From Methanomassiliicoccales archaeon (GTDB taxonomy: Archaea; Thermoplasmatota; Thermoplasmata; Methanomassiliicoccales; UBA472): a DNA stretch of 35,277 nt. How positions within the stretch are numbered: the stretch's first letter is position 1; each line of letters begins with the position of its first letter. The stretch covers positions 1 to 35,277 of the forward strand of contig JBEKAR010000001.1 in the NCBI GenBank assembly GCA_050015815.1, given 5' to 3'. A program made the translations under genes and the position numbers. Positions 1-8,156 of this stretch are shown here, one piece after another. The notes below the pieces were generated by a model. It was not told where the DNA came from. It saw only the letters and a list, made by a program, of their open reading frames with translations, and made no database searches.

Positions 1-287
1 ATCAGAGCGATGATGAGGGCGATCTTGACCTTCCTGAAGACGCGCATGAAAAGTCCGAAGCCGAGCAGGCCAGTGATCAGTAAGGTCGAGCCGGCATGCC
101 CTCCGCCCGTCCAGAGCAGGATCGCCTCGATGATCATCACGGCGCCGACGACGAACCCGAGGGCCACGGCGATGTTGTCGATCTTCGTCTTCGGGTTCCT
201 TCCGACTATGGCGATGACCAGGGCGATCAGGCCGCCGAGCATCAATAGGAGCTGCGGCATCGGGGAGGCGGTGAGATCGAAAGCCAT
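1..287 (-). CDS. small integral membrane protein, N-terminal part (gene runs off the window start)
   Basis: ATG at 287..285 preceded by GGAGGG. The minus frame is open to position 1 and translates MAFDLTASPMPQLLLMLGGLIALVIAIVGRNPKTKIDNIAVALGFVVGAVMIIEAILLW..., i.e. consecutive hydrophobic helices. Absent from the ORF track, probably because no stop lies inside the window. Confidence 0.5.
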   Translation of the reverse strand, partial: MAFDLTASPMPQLLLMLGGLIALVIAIVGRNPKTKIDNIAVALGFVVGAVMIIEAILLWTGGGHAGSTLLITGLLGFGLFMRVFRKVKIALIIAL

Positions 288-378
288 CCCTCCGATATCC
301 GCCTCCGCTTACATTTATCTTATCAAGGGCATAGGATTATCCCGGGCCGTCGGACATACTCCCGACGGGAGGAAGGAC

Positions 379-948
379 GTGGACGTCGCAGATGCGATTC
401 GTGCTAGGAGGGCTCTTCGCGCGTTCGACGAGAGGCCGGTCGAGAAGGAGAAGGTCTCGGCCTTGATAGAGGCGATGCGCCTCGCCCCCTCGTGCAACAA
501 CAATCAGCCATGGAGGGTCGTCGTTTGCCGCGACCCCGAGTCGCTGGCCAAGGCGAGGTCGGCGCTGTCGAAGGGCAATGCCTGGGGCACCACCGCTCCA
601 TTGATCTTTGTCGTCGCAGCGAAGTTGGAGGACGATTGCCACCCGTCGGACAGCCGTGACTACTTCTTGTTCGGCTGCGGCCTCGCGGTCGGGCAGATGT
701 GCCTCATGGCGGTCGATCTCGGCCTCGTCGCCCATCCCGTCGCTGGATACGACCCATTGATACACAAGCACGAGCTCGGCATCCCCGACGAGTATGTCGT
801 CATCACCACCATCATGATCGGCTATCCCGGAACCGATCTTTCCATGCTCTCAGACAAGCAGAAGATGCAACAGACCATCAGGCCGGAGCGGAAGCCGGTC
901 GGAGAGAACTTTTTCGAGGGGAAGTGGGGCGTCCCGTCCCAAGGCTGA
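379..948 (+). CDS. nitroreductase-family (FMN) oxidoreductase
   Basis: C-terminal 189 aa of track ORF 10..948: AIRARRALRAFDERPV...LAPSCNNNQPWR...GYPG, a typical nitroreductase-fold N-terminus and core. The first 123 codons of the track ORF are antisense to the membrane ORF at 1..287 and contain no ATG. I start at in-frame GTG 379 behind GGGAGGAAGG (367..376). Confidence 0.8.
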   Translation: MDVADAIRARRALRAFDERPVEKEKVSALIEAMRLAPSCNNNQPWRVVVCRDPESLAKARSALSKGNAWGTTAPLIFVVAAKLEDDCHPSDSRDYFLFGCGLAVGQMCLMAVDLGLVAHPVAGYDPLIHKHELGIPDEYVVITTIMIGYPGTDLSMLSDKQKMQQTIRPERKPVGENFFEGKWGVPSQG

Positions 949-1842
949 TCAGAGCCGGAGCAGTCTGCTCATCGTTCCGCCGAGGACCTCTTGCTTCGTC
1001 TTTGCCGAGGCCCATTCCTCTTCCCTGACGAATCGGGCCCAATAGGTGTAAGGATAGCTCATGTCGAACAAGGGCCAGTCCGAGCCAAAGATGATCCGGC
1101 CGGGCATCCTCGTGACCGCCTCCTTTAGCCTCGAGCGACACGTCTCGGCTTCTCCCGGCAGCCATCCCTGGAGAGCGGCGCAGTCGGCATAGACGTTCGG
1201 GAACTCCGCTGCCAGCTCGTAGGTCTCCGAACGGAACTTGCCGCCGATGTGGGCTATGACCAGCTTGAGCTCGGGGTGCTTCTCCAGCACCTCCTTGAAC
1301 AGGATCGGATGGGTGAATGTCTCGTCAAGCGGCCCCCATGTCGCACCACCGTGGGTGACGACGATCAGCCCGTAATCCTCGACCATCCGCCAGAAGGGTT
1401 CGATCCTCTCTTCATTGGGCGAGTATCCTGTTGCCGGGTAGACCTTCACCCCTCGCGCATCACATGTCTTCGCATACTTCTCGAGGAGCTCTTCCGCCCT
1501 CTTCCCACGGCTCGGGTCGATGCCGATGAACGGGATCAGATGACTGTCGGAATTCCTGCAGTTCTCGAAGACCCAGTCGTTGTACTCTTCGATGCCGACC
1601 TTCGTCTCCCCTAGCATCCCGAAGTCTAGCGGAAGGATGACGGCCTTGTCTACGCCGGCGTCGCGCATGCATTCCAGAAGTGTCGAGGCGCTGACCTCGG
1701 ACATCGGCCAGTCCTCCTCGCGGTCGATCGTCATGTCCATGACGATCCCATCGAGGGCGAGTAGCGGCTCGAGGTAGGCCCGGAGCAGGGAGGAGGGCAA
1801 CATGTACCTCTGCCAGATGTGAACATGGCCGTCGATTATCAT
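949..1842 (-). CDS. amidohydrolase_2-type TIM-barrel metal-dependent hydrolase/decarboxylase
   Basis: 297 aa. N-terminal MIIDGHVHIW (HxH metal ligands), VIAHIGG and FGSDWP boxes are typical of the amidohydrolase_2 family. Convergent with the nitroreductase gene; the two stop codons abut. Confidence 0.8.
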   Translation of the reverse strand: MIIDGHVHIWQRYMLPSSLLRAYLEPLLALDGIVMDMTIDREEDWPMSEVSASTLLECMRDAGVDKAVILPLDFGMLGETKVGIEEYNDWVFENCRNSDSHLIPFIGIDPSRGKRAEELLEKYAKTCDARGVKVYPATGYSPNEERIEPFWRMVEDYGLIVVTHGGATWGPLDETFTHPILFKEVLEKHPELKLVIAHIGGKFRSETYELAAEFPNVYADCAALQGWLPGEAETCRSRLKEAVTRMPGRIIFGSDWPLFDMSYPYTYWARFVREEEWASAKTKQEVLGGTMSRLLRL

Positions 1843-1938
1843 GCTTCGTCGAATCTTCGTGTCGTGCTATATACTCTCTCGCCGCAGGCGCCGCAGAACA
1901 GAAATACCTGAGGCTGGGACACAATCCACGGTGCAACC

Positions 1939-2262
1939 ATGGGAAGATACAAGATCGGAGTTCGGTCCGACTTCCAGCCAGGGAAGTTATATGGCATCGA
2001 GGTGCAGGGGAAGAACGTCATGGTGGTGAACCTAGAAGGACAGATCTACGCCATCGATGGCATCTGCGGCCATCATGGAGGACATCTCTGGGATGGAAAG
2101 CTCGAAGGCGGAAAGGTGAAGTGCCCGAGCCACGGCTTCGAGTACGACGTCCGAACGGGCAAGCTGGTCGGCGGGCACACCAGGCTGTTCGGGAAGGCCC
2201 GAGACGTCGAGGCTTACCCGATCATCTTTGAAGGGGACGACGTACTGGTCGAACTGCCTTGA
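1939..2262 (+). CDS. stand-alone Rieske [2Fe-2S] ferredoxin-like protein, copy 1
   Basis: 107 aa. Rieske ligand boxes C-x-H (ICGHHGG) and C-x-x-H (CPSHG) at the canonical spacing. Confidence 0.85.
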   Translation: MGRYKIGVRSDFQPGKLYGIEVQGKNVMVVNLEGQIYAIDGICGHHGGHLWDGKLEGGKVKCPSHGFEYDVRTGKLVGGHTRLFGKARDVEAYPIIFEGDDVLVELP

Positions 2263-2331
2263 GCGAAGCGTAATGGCTCTTCGGGGCAGGTATGAAATAG
2301 CCATCGCTCGAACAATGGGTCGAGTGAAAAA

Positions 2332-2655
2332 ATGACCAAGGCGAAGATCGGAAGGCAGACGGACTTCCCACCGGGCAAGCTGTGCGGGATAGACGTGAAT
2401 GGGAAGATGGTTTTGGTGGTGACCGTCGACGGCAAGCTGTGCGCGGTCGACGGCATATGCACTCACATGGGTGGTCATCTCTGGGAGGGCAAGCTGATCG
2501 GCAACGTTGTCAAGTGTCCTCGCCATGGATCGGAATTCGACCTCCGCACTGGCAAGGTCATGAAGGGCCCATGGGTCCCATTCGGCAAGGCTCACGATCT
2601 GAATTCGTATCAAGTAGGGATCGAAGGCGATGACGTCGTCATAGAGATGCCCTGA
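2332..2655 (+). CDS. stand-alone Rieske [2Fe-2S] ferredoxin-like protein, copy 2 (tandem paralogue)
   Basis: 107 aa. Boxes ICTHMGG and CPRHG. 60 of 107 positions are identical to copy 1 in my ungapped hand alignment. Confidence 0.85.
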   Translation: MTKAKIGRQTDFPPGKLCGIDVNGKMVLVVTVDGKLCAVDGICTHMGGHLWEGKLIGNVVKCPRHGSEFDLRTGKVMKGPWVPFGKAHDLNSYQVGIEGDDVVIEMP

Positions 2656-2786
2656 ACCAAGTCCCATATCTGGGCCGATGTACTGAATGTGGTTCGGACC
2701 GGACATTGTCTCATCGCACCGGAGATTCCTCTCCGAGCGAGCTAGAGGCGAGACGGCCGCTCAAGGAAGTCGATAGAAAGATAGAG

Positions 2787-2859
2787 TGGACCGGGCGAGA
2801 TTTGAACTCGCGGCCTCTACCATGCCAAGATAGCGATCTTCCAGCTGATCTACCGGCCC
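2787..2859 (-). tRNA. tRNA-Ala (anticodon GGC)
   Basis: Minus-strand GGGCCGGTAGATCAGCTGGAAGATCGCTATCTTGGCATGGTAGAGGCCGCGAGTTCAAATCTCGCCCGGTCCA folds as a cloverleaf. It has a 7-bp acceptor stem with the G3:U70 alanine identity pair, anticodon stem CTATC/GGTAG, loop TTGGCAT, and T arm GCGAG-TTCAAAT-CTCGC. CCA is not encoded. Confidence 0.9.
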
Positions 2860-2885
2860 AGGTGGAAATGGCAAAGAAATCAATC

Positions 2886-2894
2886 TAGTTAAAG
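2886..2894 (-). promoter_or_regulatory. TATA-like box for tRNA-Ala
   Basis: Minus strand reads CTTTAACTA, centred about 31 nt upstream of the tRNA 5' end (2859). Confidence 0.4.
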
Positions 2895-3089
2895 TTTGGG
2901 ATAGCCAACATCCTGTCCACGACCGCCGCAAGCAGCGCTTTGTCCTCGATGAAATCGGATGCCTGCTTCGCATGGAACAGTCAGAGAGACTGCGGCAGCT
3001 ATTTCAGATCGTTGGAAGAAGCGGGGAGAGAACCGGTCTGCGGCCTCTGCCTGTATGTCTTTCCTTACGGACGAAAGGCATCCGAGAGG

Positions 3090-4490
3090 CTACACGTCCA
3101 GCTTCTTCTGGAACCGCGTCCTCTCACCAGGAACGTTCGACGGGTACTCGCCGGTGAGACAGGCCATGCAAAGGTCGCACTCCGCCAACCCGAGCGCCCT
3201 GACCAGGCCCTGGACCGATGTGTAGGCGACGCTGTCGGCGGTGATGAGCCTGGCGATCTCCTCGACGCTGCGGTTCGTCGCGGCGAACTGCTCCCGCGTC
3301 TTCATGTCGATGCCGTAGTAACATGGAGCTCGTACCGGCGGGCAGCCGATGCGCACATGCACTTCCTTCGCCCCGGCCCTCCGGGTCATCTGCACGATGC
3401 GTCTCATGGTGGTGCCGCGGACGATCGAGTCGTCGACGATGACGACCTTCCTTCCCCGGATCGTGGAACGGATCGGATTGAGCTTGAGCATGACGCCTTC
3501 GTCCCTGGCGTTCTGCTCCGGCATGATGAACGTCCTCTCCACATATCGGTTCTTCATGAACCCCTCCTCATAGGGGATGCCGGAGACTTCGGCGTAGCCC
3601 AGAGCGTGGGCCCTTCCCGAATCAGGGACCGGAACGACGACGTCCGCCTCGCATGGATGCTCCTCGGCGAGGATCTGCCCCAGCCTTTTCCTCGACGTGT
3701 AGACCTCGAGGCCGTCGATGAGGGAGTCGGGGCGGGCGAAGTAGACCCATTCGAACATGCAATGCGCCTTGTGCGGCATCGCCGGGACGCTGTGGGACTG
3801 GAACCCCTCAGGCGTGATCTCGACTATCTCCCCCGGGACGACGTCGCGGATGAACTCGCCCTGCAGGACGTCGAAGACTGCGCTCTCGGAGGCGATCCCG
3901 TAACCGTCGTGAAGCCGTCCGATGCAAAGGGGCCGGAACCCGAGAGGGTCGCGCACCCCGAACACCCGGCCGTTGAACATGACGGTCAGCGAGTACGCGC
4001 CGTCGATAATCTTCATCGTGTTCTTGATAGCCCGGATCGGGTCGGGGTTCTGGCTCAGCTCGTTCGCCATCAGCCGGACGATTATCTCCGAGTCGGTGGT
4101 GGTGAGGAAGGCCCATCCTTCCGTCTGGAGCTTCGCCCTGAGCTTGTCGGCGTTGACTATGTCGCCGTTGTGAGCGAGGGCGACCTCGCCCTGCAGGGTC
4201 GTGACGACTATCGGGGCGCTGTTCTCCTGGGACGAACTTCCGGTGGTGGAATAGCGGACATGGCCGATGCCGCACTCCCCTCTGAGGTGAGCTACCGCCT
4301 GGGGCGCCAGGACCTCATGAACCAGCCCCATGCCCTTGACGGAGCGGATCTTGCCGTCGAAGATGGCGATGCCAGCGGACTCTTGGCCCCGGTGCTGGAT
4401 GACACGCAGCGCCTTCTTCAGGACCGGCACCGCGTTCGTGGTCAAGGCCATGCCGGCCACCCCGCAGAAGTGCTTGGGCTTGTCGGTCAA
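3090..4490 (-). CDS. purF: amidophosphoribosyltransferase (glutamine-PRPP amidotransferase)
   Basis: Ntn nucleophile context F-CGVAGM, PRPP loop VVIVDDSIVRGTT, and a Cys-rich C-terminal part (CPPVRAPCYYG, CDLCMAC) consistent with the Fe-S class of PurF. No Met directly precedes the catalytic Cys, so a short propeptide is implied. I start at in-frame TTG 4490 (MTDKPKHF|C) just behind GGGGAGG. The track maximum is TTG 4526, which would overlap L37e. Stop is TAG. Confidence 0.9.
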   Translation of the reverse strand: MTDKPKHFCGVAGMALTTNAVPVLKKALRVIQHRGQESAGIAIFDGKIRSVKGMGLVHEVLAPQAVAHLRGECGIGHVRYSTTGSSSQENSAPIVVTTLQGEVALAHNGDIVNADKLRAKLQTEGWAFLTTTDSEIIVRLMANELSQNPDPIRAIKNTMKIIDGAYSLTVMFNGRVFGVRDPLGFRPLCIGRLHDGYGIASESAVFDVLQGEFIRDVVPGEIVEITPEGFQSHSVPAMPHKAHCMFEWVYFARPDSLIDGLEVYTSRKRLGQILAEEHPCEADVVVPVPDSGRAHALGYAEVSGIPYEEGFMKNRYVERTFIMPEQNARDEGVMLKLNPIRSTIRGRKVVIVDDSIVRGTTMRRIVQMTRRAGAKEVHVRIGCPPVRAPCYYGIDMKTREQFAATNRSVEEIARLITADSVAYTSVQGLVRALGLAECDLCMACLTGEYPSNVPGERTRFQKKLDV

Positions 4491-4507
4491 GGCCTCCCCT
4501 CTAGAAT

Positions 4508-4675
4508 TCAATGAGTCTTGGCCCAATTATAGGATCTCCGCTTGGCCGACGCTCCATACCCGCAGGACGCGCAGACGCCCTTCCTGATGTTGTAAGCGTG
4601 CTTTCCGCATCGGCGGCAAGGGACGTGAACCTTCTTGCTGCCCATCTTTCCCATTGCGGGGGTGCCCTTTCCCAT
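4508..4675 (-). CDS. rpl37e: 50S ribosomal protein L37e
   Basis: Not in the ORF track (55 aa). Minus strand from ATG 4675 reads MGKGTPAMGKMGSKKVHVPCRRCGKHAYNIRKGVCASCGYGASAKRRSYNWAKTH, stop TGA at 4508..4510. It has the C-x-x-C...C-x-x-C zinc ribbon and GKGT N-terminus of L37e. AGGAG lies 9 nt upstream, overlapping the LSm stop. Confidence 0.85.
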   Translation of the reverse strand: MGKGTPAMGKMGSKKVHVPCRRCGKHAYNIRKGVCASCGYGASAKRRSYNWAKTH

Positions 4676-4686
4676 TATATCAGCTC

Positions 4687-4917
4687 CTAAGGCGAGATGT
4701 AGATGACGTTGTCGCCGCGGACTATGGTGACCGGCAGCTTCCGGACGACCTCTTTGTTGATGAGCTCCTCGGCGTTCTTGAGCACGACGTTCATGTGGGG
4801 GTCGTACCCGTCAAGGACTCCCCGGTATTCGCGGTTGCCCTTGAGCTCGACGATGACCTGGCTGTTGATCGCCTGGTTCAGTACCGCGAGGGGTTTCTGC
4901 ATGTCCTGAGTCACCAA
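4687..4917 (-). CDS. Sm-like archaeal protein (LSm/SmAP)
   Basis: 76 aa with Sm1 ([26 protein letters not shown]) and Sm2 ([12 protein letters not shown]) motifs. It sits in the conserved archaeal LSm-L37e arrangement. Stop is TAG, followed 3 codons later by TAA. Confidence 0.9.
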   Translation of the reverse strand: MVTQDMQKPLAVLNQAINSQVIVELKGNREYRGVLDGYDPHMNVVLKNAEELINKEVVRKLPVTIVRGDNVIYISP

Positions 4918-4938
4918 TCTGCGGGATAAATGCGACAG

Positions 4939-4951
4939 TATTAAAGCTTTT
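4939..4951 (-). promoter_or_regulatory. BRE/TATA promoter of the LSm-L37e-purF unit
   Basis: Minus strand reads AAAAGCTTTAATA. The TATA centre is about 25 nt upstream of ATG 4917, implying a leaderless mRNA. The 12-nt core AAAGCTTTAATA is identical to the box upstream of S3Ae. Confidence 0.5.
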
Positions 4952-4972
4952 GTTCTATGGATGGCTCGGTAG

Positions 4973-6106
4973 TCATACGAACGCGCCTATCGTCGGTGCG
5001 TCCAGCCGGTCCATGTCGTAGTAGATGATCGCTTCCTTCACTCCCTCCCGGTCGAGCCTGCCCTTTCGCATATGAGCGAGGAGCGACCCCCGCCACAGAA
5101 GGTCCAGCGCCGCAGTCGCCATCGCACCGTAGTAGACGTTCGACACGTAGTCCTCGTATGCCAGGTCATCGACGAGGAAATAGGCGTGGCCGAGCATGCT
5201 GTCCCTGCGGTTGAGGATGCCTATGTAGTGGACGAAAAGCTTCGCCCCGTCTCCCTCGGGCGCAAGCAATGGAATGGTGTTCGGGTCGACCGTTTGCGTC
5301 CTGCTCAGGCTTCCTTCCTTCGTCATCTCGTATAGCTCAAGCTCGTAATCGCTCGACATGAAAATCGTCCATCTCCCGGACTCGTCGCAATACACCGGCG
5401 AGGACATCGGGTCCATCGACGAAAGTGAATCGAGGGCCGTCTCCATCGCCGCCTGGCGCAGCTCCTCCATCCGTCCCTTCTCGACGGTCTCGAAGCGCTC
5501 AGGCAGCGACATCTCGTCTTCCTCGAGCGATAGGTCGAGAAGCCTGCCCAGGTAGAGAGGGTCGGAGGTGAGGGCTAGCTTCGGCTCCAGGGCCTTCCTG
5601 AGCCGGGAAGGATCGGGATCGATGCCCGCGTCGGCGCAGTTCGTGCGGAACTGCTCGTAGACCTCACTCGAGTCCTTCAGTCCTCTTGCGATCCTCTCGC
5701 GGTTCTCCTCGACCAGTTCGAGCGCGAACACCGTCGCGTCAGCCCCCTGGTCGCCCCAAGCTCCGCGGCAAGAGAGGTCGAGCTCTACCTGTGCCCGGTC
5801 GCCGAGGTACACGTGGAACGGGAAGGCCCGACAGTAATGCGGTCGCTGCTGGTAAACCGAGCACCTTCCCTCGTCGAGGAAAATGCAAGGCCCGCCTCCC
5901 TGCTTCATCGCGAGCGCGGTGTGGCGGTGCGGCGTCCTCCGGCTCACTATCTTATCTGGGAAGTCCTTGCGGAAGAACCTCTCCTCGTCCTCGAGGAGCT
6001 CGGGCTGGCAGAGGCAGCACAAATGGCAATTGTCGAGGCAGACGAACTTGCGTCCCTCGATCTCCGAAAGGTCAAGCGGAAACTCTTGATTTCGGTACAA
6101 CGACAT
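4973..6106 (-). CDS. YkgJ/UPF0153-type Cys-cluster (Fe-S or Zn) protein with a long uncharacterised C-terminal extension
   Basis: The N-terminal ~110 aa carries [11 protein letters not shown] ... [25 protein letters not shown], the CxxCxxCC ... CxFL ... C.(I/V)Y..RP..CR.FP pattern of YkgJ-family proteins. The remaining ~230 aa has no motif I recognise. Its start overlaps the pyrC stop by 35 nt. Confidence 0.7.
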   Translation of the reverse strand: MSLYRNQEFPLDLSEIEGRKFVCLDNCHLCCLCQPELLEDEERFFRKDFPDKIVSRRTPHRHTALAMKQGGGPCIFLDEGRCSVYQQRPHYCRAFPFHVYLGDRAQVELDLSCRGAWGDQGADATVFALELVEENRERIARGLKDSSEVYEQFRTNCADAGIDPDPSRLRKALEPKLALTSDPLYLGRLLDLSLEEDEMSLPERFETVEKGRMEELRQAAMETALDSLSSMDPMSSPVYCDESGRWTIFMSSDYELELYEMTKEGSLSRTQTVDPNTIPLLAPEGDGAKLFVHYIGILNRRDSMLGHAYFLVDDLAYEDYVSNVYYGAMATAALDLLWRGSLLAHMRKGRLDREGVKEAIIYYDMDRLDAPTIGAFV

Positions 6107-7349
6107 CCCTGCCCGTACGCTCCCCTACGATGGAGCCGTCCTCCGTGAGCATCATGCCCCTCAAGAACGTTGCCCTCGGGAATATCGCCTCGCGACCATT
6201 ATAGGGCGTCCAACCGCACTTGCTGTGGAGCCTTCGGACGCTGATGATGGAAACCTGCCTCATGTCGAAAACGTTCAGGTCGGCGTCCATCCCCGCCGCG
6301 ATCGTCCCCTTGTTGAGGCCGAAGATCTCTGCGGGGCGTTCGGCCGAGGCCTTGATCAGGACCGGGAGCGGGACGACATCCTTCTTCACCAACGCCATCA
6401 TCATCGGGATCGAGGTCTCCACACCGGGCACGCCCGACGGCGCCTGGGTGAAATCCTCCTCTTTCTCCTCGATGGTGTGCGGGGCGTGGTCGGTCGCGAG
6501 CATGTCGACCTCACCTCCAGTGAAAGCCGTCAGCAATCCATCAGCCTCCTTCTTTGTCCTTAGGGGCGGGTTCACCTTGAGATATGCTCCGCCCTTCATC
6601 GACCGGTCGAGCAGCATGTGATGCGGCGTCGCTTCCACTGTGAAACCGACCGCCTTGGCGGCATCGAGCACTTCCCGGCAGGTGACGTGGCAGACGTTGA
6701 CCTTCGCGCCGTTGGCGAGCTTGGCGAGCCTTGCTATCGCCGAGAGCTCAGCTGAGACGGGCCTAGCCTCATCGTGGTCCCGGAGCGTTCCCTCCTCCTT
6801 CTTCACCAGCATCCTCTGGTCCTCGGCGTGGACGCTCACCACCTTCCCGAGCTTCTTCGCCGTGTCGAGAACGCGGGCGATGTCCCGGTCCTCGGTGAGA
6901 AGCATGTCCCCGGTGGTGGAGCCCATATAGACCTTGAAGCCCACGACCTCGAGCCCGATGCGGAACATGTTCGAATCGGGGGTCGTCCCTCCGAACAGCC
7001 CGTAGTCGACCCAGGCCTTCTGACTGGCGGTCGATTTCTTGTCCTGCATGTCGTCCCGGCGGATCGTCGGAGGGTTCGTGTTCGGCATGTCGAAGATGCA
7101 GGTGACGCCCCCGCACGCGGCGGAGATCGTACCGGTGGCGAAGTCCTCCTTCCTCGTCATCCCTGGATCGCGCATGTGGGTGTGAACGTCGATCGCCGAG
7201 GGAAGGACGATCGAGTCCCCGTAGTCGATCCGGTCCTCGCCGCCGCGGATCGACTTCTTGACTTCGATGATCTTGCCGCCCTCTATCGCGATATCCACTG
7301 GCTGCAACTTGCCCTTCAGATAGGCCCGGCCGCCGATGACCAGGTCCAT
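6072..7349 (-). CDS. pyrC: dihydroorotase
   Basis: 425 aa. Boxes DVHTHMRDPG (HxH), FKVYMG (carbamylated Lys context), VHAED, and ATDHAPH (catalytic Asp). Confidence 0.9.
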   Translation of the reverse strand: MDLVIGGRAYLKGKLQPVDIAIEGGKIIEVKKSIRGGEDRIDYGDSIVLPSAIDVHTHMRDPGMTRKEDFATGTISAACGGVTCIFDMPNTNPPTIRRDDMQDKKSTASQKAWVDYGLFGGTTPDSNMFRIGLEVVGFKVYMGSTTGDMLLTEDRDIARVLDTAKKLGKVVSVHAEDQRMLVKKEEGTLRDHDEARPVSAELSAIARLAKLANGAKVNVCHVTCREVLDAAKAVGFTVEATPHHMLLDRSMKGGAYLKVNPPLRTKKEADGLLTAFTGGEVDMLATDHAPHTIEEKEEDFTQAPSGVPGVETSIPMMMALVKKDVVPLPVLIKASAERPAEIFGLNKGTIAAGMDADLNVFDMRQVSIISVRRLHSKCGWTPYNGREAIFPRATFLRGMMLTEDGSIVGERTGRDVVVPKSRVSA

Positions 7350-7353
7350 GCTC

Positions 7354-7956
7354 TCACTTCTGCTCCTTGCGCGCCACCTTGCCCCGCGGCGTCTCCTCGG
7401 TGAATATCTCCGCCTCGAAACGGTAGGTCTTGCAGGTCTTGTCCATCCATGAATCCGGGGTCAGGCCGGCCTTGATGCAGGTCTGTGAGAGGAACTCCTC
7501 CGGGCCCCAGCCCCACTCCGGTGCTACCTGCGGGAGCAGAAGGCCGCGGCAGAACCCCATCTCCATGATCAGGCCGTGCTTGCCGATCTCAACCTCTTTC
7601 GGCAGGTCTAGCTTGGAATGGTTCTTGAGCTCCTCTGGCACCGTGAGGATGCTGACCTCGACGATGACGTGTTCGAGCTCCCCTTTCCTAAGGTACGGGA
7701 ATCTCGGATCGTGGCATGCCGCCTGCGCCGCCTTCACCAGCGCCTTGGCGAGCGAATAGACCGGCTCGGGATAGCCGATGCAGCCGCGGAGGGCCATATC
7801 AGGATAGGTGTGGAGGGTGACGAACACACCCCTCTTCTGACGGAAGCTGTCTGGCGCGTCAATCTGGCCGGGCTCTTCGTCCTTCGCCTCCGCCTCGATC
7901 GTCTGCCGGGCGATTCTCACCGCCCTCTCGCCCTCGCCGTCCTTCGTCACCGTCAC
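7354..7956 (-). CDS. AMMECR1-domain protein
   Basis: 200 aa with the RGCIGYPEP core and the GVFVTL / HGLI.. boxes of AMMECR1. GTG start (a GTG two codons downstream is equally possible). There is a 4-nt gap to the pyrC ATG. Confidence 0.85.
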   Translation of the reverse strand: MTVTKDGEGERAVRIARQTIEAEAKDEEPGQIDAPDSFRQKRGVFVTLHTYPDMALRGCIGYPEPVYSLAKALVKAAQAACHDPRFPYLRKGELEHVIVEVSILTVPEELKNHSKLDLPKEVEIGKHGLIMEMGFCRGLLLPQVAPEWGWGPEEFLSQTCIKAGLTPDSWMDKTCKTYRFEAEIFTEETPRGKVARKEQK

Positions 7957-8120
7957 CTCTCCGACCCAAATCCAGAAGCAGAGCCGACCTCAAGGGTCGA
8001 GTACTGTAATGGTGGAATATTGAGCGGTTACCTAGTTCAATCTTTTCCCGGGTCGATGGGGAACGGCAGCGCACCTCCTTCCAAAGCTTGGTTGGTGGTA
8101 ACACTCGAACATCGGGACGG

Positions 8121-8134
8121 AAAAGGCTTTAGAG
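8121..8134 (+). promoter_or_regulatory. BRE/TATA-like box of the CBS gene
   Basis: AAAAGGCTTTAGAG, centre about 27 nt upstream of ATG 8157 (leaderless spacing). Confidence 0.4.
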
Positions 8135-8156
8135 CACGCTCTACAAAGATAGAATC

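Noticed and set aside
10-378. N-terminal 123 codons of track ORF 10..948
   Set aside because: Antisense to a convincing membrane-protein ORF (287..1). It contains no nitroreductase-like sequence. A GTG with an SD at 379 gives a normal nitroreductase N-terminus.
2032-2706. 224-aa minus-strand ORF opposite both Rieske genes
   Set aside because: A shadow ORF. The plus-strand frames carry the Rieske ligand boxes in both copies.
1-2786. Possible genomic island integrated at the 3' end of tRNA-Ala
   Set aside because: No integrase or recombinase was found, and I could find no direct repeat of the tRNA 3' segment in the window. I kept only a weak remark in the Rieske finding.
2761-2973. 70-aa ORF (and 10260..10460, 66 aa) overlapping tRNA genes
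   Set aside because: They are read straight through the tRNA-Ala and tRNA-Met sequences respectively. The tRNA cloverleaves are far better supported.
2895-3089. ~190-nt unassigned spacer between the tRNA-Ala promoter and the purF stop (including the 61-aa ORF 2972..3157)
   Set aside because: The ORF overlaps the purF 3' end and has no motif or SD. Only a weak 5-bp hairpin and no oligo-T were seen. There is nothing specific enough to report.
2940-4514. 524-aa plus-strand ORF, the longest 'novel' ORF in the track
   Set aside because: It is entirely antisense to purF, whose motifs are unambiguous. Its R/D/G/L/V/P-rich composition is typical of shadow frames in GC-rich DNA. No motif was recognised.
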